Of a DNA stretch of 64,000 nt, positions 1-11,305 are shown in pieces. The stretch comes from the human T2T-CHM13v2.0 reference genome, Homo sapiens: NCBI RefSeq assembly GCF_009914755.1, contig NC_060934.1; one strand, given 5' to 3'. The notes beneath the pieces were generated by a model. It made no database searches and had not been told where the DNA came from. It worked only from the letters and a program-made list of their open reading frames with translations. Every line of letters begins with the position of its first letter. Position 1 is the stretch's first letter. The position numbers and the translations under genes were made by a program.

Positions 1-3000
1 ATTCGATTCTGTTCCATTTGATTCCATTCCATTCCATTCCATTCCGTCCGATTCCATTCCATTCTATTCCTTTACAATATGTTCCTTTCCATTCTATTCG
101 TTTCCATTCCATTATAGTCCATTCCACTGCAGTCCAATCCGTTCGATTCCATTTGATTCGACTCCATTCCTTTCGAGACCATTCAGTTCGATTCCTTTGC
201 ATTACATTCCATTCCTTTCCATTTGATGAAATTCCATTTGATTCTATTCCATGTCACTCCATTCCATTCCATTCCGTTCCATCCAATTCCAGTCCATTCA
301 ATTCCATTCCATTCCAATCCATTCCATTCCATTCCATTGGTTTCCATTCCATTCAAGTCCATTCCACTCCGTTCCACTCCACTCGATTCCATTCCTTTCA
401 ACTCCATTGTGTTCGAGTTCTTTCCATTCCATTCCATCCCTTTCTGTTCCGTTTGATTCCAATCCATTCCATTCCATTTTGTTCCAGTCAATTCCATTCG
501 AGTCCATGCCATTCGATTCCATTTTATTCAATTCCATTCCATTCGATTCCATTAGACTCGATTCCACTCCATTCCATTCCATTGCATTCCATTCTATTCC
601 ATTCCATTGCATTCCATTCCTATCCATTTGGTTATATTCCATTCAATTCCATTCCATTCGAATCAATTACTTTGCAATCCATTACATTCGAGTCTGTTCT
701 ATTCCATTCCATTCCATTCCAATCCATTCTATTCGATTCCATTCCATTCGATTCCATTCCATACTATTGCATTCCAATCCATTCCATTCGATTGGAATAA
801 ATTCCTTTCGAGACCATTCCTTTCGAGTCCATTCCATTTGATTCTGTTCCTTTTGAGTCCATTATATTTGGGTCCATTCTATTCCTTTCATTTCCATTCC
901 ATTCTATGCCGTTCCATTCAATTCTATTCCATTTGTGTCCATTCCATTCGAGACCATTCCGTTCCATTCCATTCCATTCCATTCGATGCCATTCCATTCG
1001 GCTCTATTCCATTCAACTCAATTCCATTCCATTCCATTCCATCAGATTCCATTCCATTGTATTCATTCCGTTCCATTCAATTCCATTCCATTCATTTCCA
1101 TTCCATTTGAGTCCATTCCATTCCAGTCAATTCCTTTTGAGTCCATTACAAGTCATTCCAATTGACATCTTTCCATTATATTCCCTTCAATTCTATTCCT
1201 TTCAATTCCGTTCCATTCGATTCCATTGCATTCGACTCCATTCCATTCAAGTCCAGTCCATTCTGTTCCGTTACTTCCATTCTGTTCGATTCAAAATCGT
1301 TTGATTCCATTTTGTTCCAGTCCATTCCATTCGAGTCCATTCCATTCGAGTCCATTCCATTGAAGTCCATTCCATTCGATTCCATTCCATTTGATTCCAT
1401 TCCATTCGATTCCATTCCACTTGATTCCACTCCGTTCCTTTCTATTGCATTCCATTCTATTCCATTCCTTTGCATTCCATTCCATTACATACTATTGCAT
1501 TCCATTGGATTCCATTTTATTCGAATAAATACAATTCGAGACCATTCCTTTTGAGTTCATTATTGTTGAGTCCATTCCGTTCAAGTCCGTTTCATTTGGG
1601 TCCATGCCATTCCATTCCATACCATTCCATTCGATGCCATTCCATTCCATTCTTTTCCATTCGAGTCCATTGCGTTCCATTCCATTCCATTCCATTCCGT
1701 TCCATACCATTTGATGCCATTCCATTCGACTCTATTCCATTCGACTCCATTCCTTTCCATCGCATTCCATCCGATTCCATTCCATTCAAATCAATTACAT
1801 TGCAATCCACTACATTCAAATCCGTTCCATTCCATTCCATTCCATTCCAGTTCATTTCATTCAATTTCATTCCATTCGATTCCATTCCATACTATTTATT
1901 CTATTTGATTCCATTCTATTCAAATAAATTCCATTCGAGACCCTTCCTTTCGAGTCCATTCTATTTGGGTCCATTCCATTTGAGTCCATTACATTTGGAT
2001 CCATTCAATTCCTCTCCATTTCACTCCATTCCTTTCCATTCGATGCCATTCCATTCTATTCTATTCCATTCGAGTCCATTCCATTCCATTCCATTCCATT
2101 CGATGCCATTCCATTCAATTCTGTTTCTTTTGACTCCGTTCCATTCGACTCCTTTCCATTCCATTACTTTCTATTCCTTTCCTTTTCATTTCATTCCATT
2201 CCATTCCATTCCATTCCATTCCATTCGTTTCCATTCCATTCGAGTCTATTCCACTCCAGTCCATTACATTGGAGTCCATTACATTCCAGTCGATCCATTC
2301 GAGTCCATTCCATTCCATTCAATATCTTTCCATTACACCCCAATCCATTATTTTCTTTTCAATTCCATTCAATTGGATTCCATTCGTTTCCATTCCATTC
2401 AATTCCATTCCATTCGAATCCATTCCATTCGATTCCATTCCATTCCTTTCCATTGTATTTCATTCCATTCGTTTCCAATTCGTTCGATACCATTTTGTTC
2501 CATTCCATTCTATTCCATTCCATTTGATTCTACTCCATTCCATTCCATTCCGCTCAATTCCACTCCGTTCCATTCAATTACATTGCATTCCATTACATTC
2601 CATTTGTTTACATTCCATTCGAGTCCATTCCATTCGAATCAATTACATTGCAATCCATTACATTTGCGTCCGTTCTATTCCAGTCCATTCCATTCCATTT
2701 CATTCCATTTGATTCCATTCCATACTACTACATTGCTTTCTATTCCAGTCTATTCGAATATATTCCATTCGAAACCAATTCTTTCGAGTACATTCTATTT
2801 AAGTCCATTCTATTCGAGTCCAGTGCATTTGGGTCCATTACTTTCCATTCTGTTCAATTCCATTTCATTCCATTCCATTCCATTCCATTCCATTTGATTC
2901 TGTTCCATTCGAGTCCATTCCCTTCGAGTCCATTCTATTCCATTCCATTCCATTTGATGCCATTCCATTCATTTCTATTCCATTCGACTCCATTCCATTC

Positions 3001-6000
3001 CATTCCGTTCTATCCAATTCCATTCCATTCTATTCCTTTCCCTTCCATGCCATTTCATTCCATTCCATTCATTTCCATTCCATTCGAGTCCATTCCCCTC
3101 CAGTCCATTACATTCCACTCCATTCGTCTCCAGTCCATTCCATTCCAGTCAATTCCATTCCAGTCCTTTACATTCGAGATAATTCCATTCCATTCCATTC
3201 CATTCCTTTCCATTACACTCCATTTCTTTCTATTCCTTTCGATTCCATTCACTTCCATTCCATTCGATTCCATTCCATCCATCTCCATTCAATTTGACTC
3301 CATTTCTTTCCATCCTATTCCATTCCATTCCATTCGATTCCAAACCGTTAGATTCCATTTTGATCCAGTCCATTCCATTCGAGTCCATGGCATTCCGGTC
3401 CATTCCATTCGATTCCATTGCATTCAATTCCATTCCACTCGATTCCACTCCTTTCCATTCCATTGCATTCCATTCTATTCCATTTTATTGGATTCCATTT
3501 AATTCCAATTGATTATATTCCAATTTATTCCCTTCCATTTGAAAGAATTATATTGCAATCCATTATTTTCGAGTCCATTTTATTCCAGTCCACTCCATTC
3601 CGATGCATTCCTTTTGATTCCATTCCATTCGATTCCATTCCATACTACTGCATTCCATTTGATTCCATGCTATTCGAATATATTCCATTCGAGACAATTT
3701 CTTTCAAGTCCATTCTCTTTGAGTCCATTCCATTCGAGTCCATTACATTTGGATATATTCCATTCCATTCCATTCCATTCGATGCCTTTCCATTGAAGAC
3801 CATTCCATTCGAGTCTAGTTCATTCAAATCCATTCCATTCCATTCAATGCCATTCAGTTCGATTCTATTCCATTCGTCTCCATTCCATTCCACTCCGTTC
3901 CAACCGATTCCACTCCATTCTCTTCCTTTACATTCCATTCCATTCCATTCTTTTCCTTTCCATTCGAGTCCATTCCACTACAGTCTATTCCATTCAAGTC
4001 CATTCCATTCGAATCCATTCCATTCAATTCCATTCCCTTCAATTCCATTCCACTCGATTCCACTCCATTCCATTCCAATGCGTTCCATTTCATTCCTTTC
4101 CATTCGTTTCCATTCCATTCGCGTCCATTCCACTCCTGTCCATTCCCTTTGAGTCCATTCAATTCCAGTCCATTCCATTTGAGTCCATTCTATTCTGTTC
4201 CATTCTAAATCTATCCATTACCCTCCCTCCCTTTCTATTCCTTTTGATGCCATTGAATTCCATTCTAATAGATTCCGTTCCATTCAATTCCGTTCCATTC
4301 GTGTCCCTTCCATTTGAGTCAAATTCATTCCATTCTGTTCCATTCAATTCAATTCCAATCCGTTCGTTTCCATTTTGTTCCAGTCCTTTCCAGTCGAGTA
4401 CATTCCATTCCAGTCCATTCTAATTGATTCCATTCCATTCGATTCCATTCCACTCGATTCCACTCTGTTCCATTCCATTGTCTTCCATTCTATTCCATTC
4501 TATTGCATTCCATTCCATTCCATTTGAATTCATTCAATTTGATTCCATTCCATTCGAATTAATTACATTGCAATCCATTTCATTCGAGTACGTTCGATTC
4601 CAGTCCATTCCATTCTGGTCCATTCCATTCGATTTCATTCCATACTATTGCATTCCATTCGATTCCATTCTATTTGAATAAATTCCATTCGAGGCCATTC
4701 CTTTTTCTTCCATTCTATTTGAGTCCATTCCATTAGATTCCATTCCATTCCTTTCCATTCCATTCAGTATCTTTCCATTACACTCCATTCCATACTATTC
4801 ATTTTGATTCCATTCAATTCCATTCCATTTGGTTCTTTTCCATTCGATTCCATTCCTTTCGACTCCATTCCATTCGAGACCTTTCCATTCCATTCCATTC
4901 CATTCCATTTCTTTCCATTCCAATATGTTTGATTCCATTTTGATCCAGTCCATTCCATTCGAGTCCATTCCATTCCAGTCCATTCCATTCCAATTATTTC
5001 CATTCCAATATGATTGATTCCACTTTGATCCAGTCCATTCCATTCGAGTCCATTCCTTTCCAGTCCATTCCATTGAATGCCATTCCATTCGATTCCATTC
5101 CATTCAATTCCATTCCACACGATTCCACTCCGTTCCATTCTATTGCGTCCCATTCTATTCCATTCCAGGGCATTCCATTCCATTCCATTTGATTATATTC
5201 CATTCAATTCCATTCAAGTCGAATAAATTACATTGCAACCTATTACATTCGAGTCCACTCTATTCCAGTTCATTCTATTCCAGTGCTTTCCATTCTATTC
5301 CATTACATTTGATGACATTCCATACTTTTGCATTCCATTCGATTCCATTCTATTCAAATAAATTCCATTCGAGACCATTCCTTTTGAGTCCATTCTATTT
5401 GAGTCCATTGCATTAGAGTCCATTATATTTGGGTCCATTCCATTTTATTCCATTCCATTCCCTTCCATTCCAGTCGAAGCCATTCCATTCGATTCTATGC
5501 CATTCGAGTCCATTTCATTCCAGTCCATTCTATTCGAGTCAATACCATTCCATTCCATTCCGTTTGATATCTTTCCATTACCCTAAATTCCCTTCTATTC
5601 CTTTTGACTCCATTCAATTCCAATCCATTCTATTCCATTCCATTTGATTCCATTCCACTCGATTCCAATCCATTTGTGTCCATTCCATTGCATTCCATTC
5701 CATTCCATTTGATTATATTCCATTCGATTACATTCCATTCGAAGCAAATACATTACAATCCATTACATTCGAGTCCGTTCTATTCCAGTCCATTCCATTC
5801 CGATCCATTCCTTTCGATTCCGTTCAATTCAATTCCATTGCATACTATTGCATTCCTTTCAATTCCATTCTATTTGAATAAATTCCAATCGCGACCAATC
5901 CCTTCAAATCCATTCTATTTGAATCCAGTCCATTCGAGTCCATTACATTTCGGTCCATTCTATTCCATTGCATTCCATTTGATGCCCTTCAATTTGATTC

Positions 6001-6923
6001 TATTCCATTCGATTCCATTACATTCGCATCCATTCCATTTCATTCCATTCCATTCCAATCCATTTGATGCCATCTAATTGGATTCCATTCCATTCGACTC
6101 CATTCAATTCTATTCCATTCCATCTGATTCCATTCCATTCTATTCCTTTCCATTCCATTTCATTCTATTGCATTCTATTCGTTTCCATTTCATTCGAAAC
6201 CATTCCTCTCCAGTACATTCCATTCGAGACCATTCCATTCCAGTCCATTCCATTGGATTCCATTCCTTTCCCTTCCATTCTATTCCATTCCATTCCATTC
6301 AGTATATTTCCATTAAACTCCATACCATTCTATTCCTTTTGAAAACATTAAATTCCATTCCCTTTGATTCCATTCCATTTGATTCATTTAAATTCAATTT
6401 CATTTCATTCGATTCCTTTCCACTTGATTCCACTATGTTCCATTCCATTGCATTCCCGTCTATGCCATTCCATTGCATTCCGTTCCATTCCATTTTATTA
6501 CAATCCATTCAATACCATTCCTTTTGATACAATTACATTACAATCCATTATATTCCAGTTCGTTCTATTCCAGTTCATTCAATTCGTTTCCATTCCATAC
6601 TGTTGCATTCCATTTGATTACATTCTATCAGATTAAATTCAATTTGAGACCAATCTTTTCGAGTCCATTCTATTTTAGTCCATTCCATAAAATTGCATTC
6701 CATTCCATTTGATGCCATTCCATTCGATTCTATTCCATTCGACTCCATTCCGTTCCATCCAATTCCACTCCATTCTATTACTTTCCATTCCATTCCATAG
6801 CATTCCATTCCCTTTACATTCCTTTCGTTTCCATTCCATTCGAGTCCATTCCACTGCAGTCCATTCCATTCGAGTACATTCGATTCCAGTCCATTCTATT
6901 TGATTCTGTTCCATTGCAGTCCA
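1..6923 (+). repeat. HSat3-type (CATTC)n satellite array, C-rich strand on +
   Basis: Continuous diverged CATTC pentamers with recurring variants such as CGAGTCCATTC, CGATTCCATTC and GAATAAATTCCATTCGAGACC. I saw no HSat2-type CATTCGATGATG motif and no CAACCCGAGT decamer. The family name rests on established knowledge that HSat3 is a diverged (CATTC)n array. Confidence 0.95.
4913..5074 (+). repeat. 85-bp local tandem duplication
   Basis: CAATATG(T/A)TTGATTCCA(T/C)TTTGATCCAGTCCATTCCATTCGAGTCC begins at both 4921 and 5006. Confidence 0.85.
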
Positions 6924-6926
6924 TGG
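6921..6926. other. Strand-switch (inversion breakpoint) within the satellite array
   Basis: The sequence reads ...ttccattgcagtCCATGGaaaggaatagaatg...: the last CCAT of the C-rich block overlaps the first ATGG of the G-rich block through a shared AT. No inserted bases. Confidence 0.95.
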
Positions 6927-9900
6927 AAAGGAATAGAATGTAATGGAATCGGATGAAACATAATGGAATGGAATGGGGTCGAATGGAATAGAATAGAATG
7001 GAATGGCATCGAATCGATCACAATGTCATCGAATGGAATGAAATGGAATGGACTCGAACGGAATGGACTCTAATGGAACAGAATCGAATGGAATGGCATC
7101 GAATGGAATCGAATGTAATAGAATGGAATGGAATGGTCCCAAAAGTAATGGATGCGATTGGAATGGACTAAAATAGAAGGGACTAGAAAAGAATGGTGTC
7201 AAATGGAATTTATTCGAATAGAATGGAATCGAATGGAATGCAATAGTATGGAATGGAATCGAATGGAATTGAATCGAATAGAATTGGCTGGAATGGAATG
7301 GACTGGAATAGAACGGACTCAAACATAATTGATTGCAATGTACTAGATTTGAATGCAATGGATTCGATCGGAATGTAATCAAATGGAATGGAATGGTATG
7401 CAATGGAATAGAATTCGAACGGAATGCAATGGAATGGAAGGGATTAGAATCGACTGGAATGGAATCGAATGGAAAGGAATCAAATGGAATGGAATCGAAT
7501 GGAATGGACTGGAATGGAATGGACTCGAATGGAATTGATTGGAACATAATGGATTCGAACAGATTGGAATTCAACAGAATGGAATGGAATGGAATGGACG
7601 CGAATGGAATGGAGTCGAATGGAATGGAACCAAATGGAATGAAATGGAATGGAATTGTAAGGAATAGAATGGAATGGATTGTAATGGAAAGATATCAAAT
7701 GGAATGGAATGGAATGTATTCAAATGGCATGGATGGGTTTGGAAAGGACTCGAATGGAATGGAAACTAATGGAATGGAATGGAAAGGAAAAGAATAAAAT
7801 GGAATGGAATCGGATGGAACCGAATGGTATGAAATGAAGTCGAATGGAATAGAATCAAAAGGAATGTCATCGAATGGAATAGAATGGAGTGGAATGGAAT
7901 GGACTCGATTGAAATGGACTCGATTGTAATAAAATAGAATGGAATTGCATCTAATGGAATGGAATGGAAGGTAGTTTAATGGAAAGATTTCGAATGGAAT
8001 GGAATGGACTGGAACGGAATGTACTGGAATGGAAGGGACCTGAATTTAATGGACTGGAGTGGAATGGACTAGAATGGAATGGAAACGAATGGAATGGAAT
8101 GGAATAGATAGATTCGGATGGAATGGAATGGAATGCAATGTAGTCGAACGGAATAGAATCAAATGAAATGGCATCGAGTAGAATTGAATGTAATCAAATA
8201 GAATGGAATCAAATGGAATAGAATAGAATGGATTGGCATCAACTGGAATGGAATGGAATGTATTGGAATGGAATTTAAATAAATGGACCCAAATGTAATG
8301 GGCTCGAATGGAATGGATTCAAATAGAATGGACTGGAAAGGAATGGTTTCGAATGGAATTTATTCGAATAGAATGGAATCAAAAGGAATGCTATAATATG
8401 AATTAAAATCGAATGGAATGGAATGGAAAGGAATAGAATGGAACCAAATGGAATGGACTCTAATGGAATGGACTCAAATGGAATGTAATCTAAAGGAATG
8501 ATCCCGAATGGAATTTACTCCAATAGAATGAAATCGAATGCAGTGCAATAGTATGGTATGGAATAGATTGGAATTGAATGGAATGGAATGGAATGGAATG
8601 GAATAGAATGGAATGGAATGGAATAGAACGGACTCAAATGTAATGGAGTGGAATGTACTTGATTCGAATGGAATTATATCGAATGGAATGTAATAAAATG
8701 GAATGGAATGGAACACAAGAGAATGGAATAGAATGGAATGGAATGGAGTGGAATCAAGTAGAATGGAATCGAATGGAATGCAATCAAATGAAATGGACTG
8801 GAATGGAATGGACTTGAATGGAATTCCAGTCATGGAGTAAAATGGAATGGAACCGATTGGAATTGAATGGAACAGAAGGGAATGGAATGGAAGGGAATGG
8901 AATCGAATGGAATTGAGTTGAATGGAATGGAATCGAATTGAATGGAATGGAGTGGAATGGAATTGAATTGAATGGATACCAATGGAATGGAATGGAAGGG
9001 GAAGGAATGGAATGGAATGGAATGGAATGGAATGGGATGGAACAGAATGGAATGGAATGGATTCGAATGGAATAGAATCGAATGGAATGGCTTCGAATGG
9101 AAAGGAATGGAATGGAATGGAATGGACTCAAATGGAATGGACTCAAATAGAATGGACTCGAAAGGAATGGTCTCGAATTCAATTAATTTGAATAGAATGG
9201 AAACGAAAGGAATGCAGTAGTATGGAATAAAGTCGAATGGAAAGTTATCAAATGGAATGGACTGGAAAGGAATGGACTGGAATATAATGAAAACGAATGT
9301 AATGGATTGCAATGTGATTGATTGGAATGGAATGGAATTGAATGGTATGTAATCAAATGTAATGGAATGGAATGCAATGGAATGGAATAGAACAGACTGC
9401 AATGGAATGGAACACAGTGGAATCGAATGGAATGGAAACCAATGGAATGGACTGGAATGGAATGGAGTCGAATGGAATGGACTGGAACATAATGGAATCT
9501 AACGGAATATACTTCAAAAGAAGGGAAAGGAACAGAATGGAATGGGCTCTAAATGAATGGAGTGGAAAGGAATGGAATTGAATGGAATGGAACTGAATGG
9601 AATGGAAAGGAATAGAATGGAATATAATGTAATGGAATGTTATCGAATGGAATGGAATGGAATGGATTCGAATGGAATGGAATTGAATGGAATAGAATCG
9701 AATGGAATGATATCGAATGGAATGAAAAGGAATGGAATGGAATGGAATGGACCAAAATGTAATGGACTCAAATGGATTGGACAGAAATAGAATGGACTCG
9801 AAAGGAATGGTCTCGAATGGAATTTATTTGAATTGACTGGAATCGAATGGAATGCAATAGTATGGAATGGAATAGAGTGGTATGTAATTGAATGGAACGG

Positions 9901-10020
9901 ACCGGAATGGAACAGACTGGAATAGAATGGACTCGAATGTAATGGATTGCTATGCAATAGATTCAAATAGAATGGAATTGAATGGAATATAATCAAATGA
10001 AATGGAATGGAATGCAATGG

Positions 10021-10238
10021 AATGGAATAGAATGGAATGCAATGCAATGGAAAGGAGTGGAATCGAGTGGAAAGGAATTGAATGACATGGAATCGAATGG
10101 GATGGAATAGAAAGGAATGTACTGGACGGAATGGAATAGTATGGAATGCAATAGAATGGAAAGGAGTGGAATCGAGTGGAAAGGAATTGAATGACATGGA
10201 ATCGAATGGGATGGAATAGAAAGGAATGTACTGGATGG
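10021..10238 (-). repeat. 109-bp local tandem duplication with an 81-bp identical core
   Basis: 10046-10126 is identical to 10155-10235 (AATGGAAAGGAGTGGAATCGAGTGGAAAGGAATTGAATGACATGG...GAATGTACTGGA). Confidence 0.9.
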
Positions 10239-11215
10239 AATGGACTCGAATGGAATGGACTGGAACAAAATGGCATCGAAGGGATTGGAATTGAACAGAA
10301 CGTAATGGAATTGCATGGAATGGACTCGAATGGAATGGAGTTGAACGGAATGGAACCAAAAGGAATGGAAACGAATGGGATTGAACCGAATGTTATGGAA
10401 TTGAATGGAATGGCACTTAATGGAATTGAAAGGAATAGAATGGAATGGAGGGTAATGGAAAGATATCAAACCGAATGGAACTGAATGGACTCGAACGGAT
10501 TGGACTGGAATGCAATGGACTCGAATAGAAAGGCCTGTAGTGTAATGGATTAAATGGAATGGAAACAAAAGGAATGGAATGGAATTGAATATAAAGGAAT
10601 CGAATGGAATGGAATTGGATGGAATTAAATGGAATGGAATGGAATCGAATCGAATCAAAAGGAATGGCATCAAATGGAATGGAATGGAATGGAATGGACT
10701 CGAATGGAATGGACTGTAATGGAATAGAATAGAATGGAATGGCAATGAGTGGAATGGATTGGAATGGCATGGAATGGAGTGGACTCAAATATAATGGACT
10801 CGAATGGAATAGACTCAAATAGAACGGAATCAAACATAATGGTCTCGAATGGAATTGAATCAAATAGAATGGAATCGAATGGAATGCAGTAGAATGGAAT
10901 GGAATCCAGTGGAATAGAATCAAATTCAATGGACCGGAATGGAATGGACTGGAATAGAATGGACTGCAATATAATGGATTGCAATGGAATTGATATGAAT
11001 GGAAAGGAATCAAATGGAATGGAATCAAATGGAATGTAATAAAATGGAATGGAATGGAATGCAATGGAATGCAATGGAAAGCAATAGAATGGAATGCAAT
11101 GGAATGGACCAGAGTGGAATCCAGAGGAATGGAAACGAATGGAATGGAATCAAATGGAATGGACTGGAATGGAATGGACTGAAAGAAAATGGAATCGAAC
11201 GGATTGGAATCGAAT

Positions 11216-11305
11216 GGAGTGGGATGGAATGGAATGCATTGGAATGGACTCAAATGGAATGGAGTGGGATGGAATGGAATGCATTGGAATGGACTCAAAT
11301 GGAAT
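11216..11305 (-). repeat. Perfect 45-bp tandem duplication
   Basis: GGAGTGGGATGGAATGGAATGCATTGGAATGGACTCAAATGGAAT occurs twice (11216, 11261). Confidence 0.9.

Noticed and set aside
6915-7225. Canonical heat-shock elements (nGAAnnTTCn) at the junction or the landmark
   Set aside because: The spacing is wrong: GAA-4nt-TTC and TTCGAA at the landmark, GTCCATGGAA at the junction. No three-unit inverted HSE is evident.
6000-7900. Recent perfect fold-back palindrome or chimeric read at the strand switch
   Set aside because: The arms differ immediately beyond the 6-bp CCATGG (left reads outward ATGGACTGCAATGGAACAG, right reads ATGGAAAGGAATAGAATGT), so this is not an exact mirror duplication.
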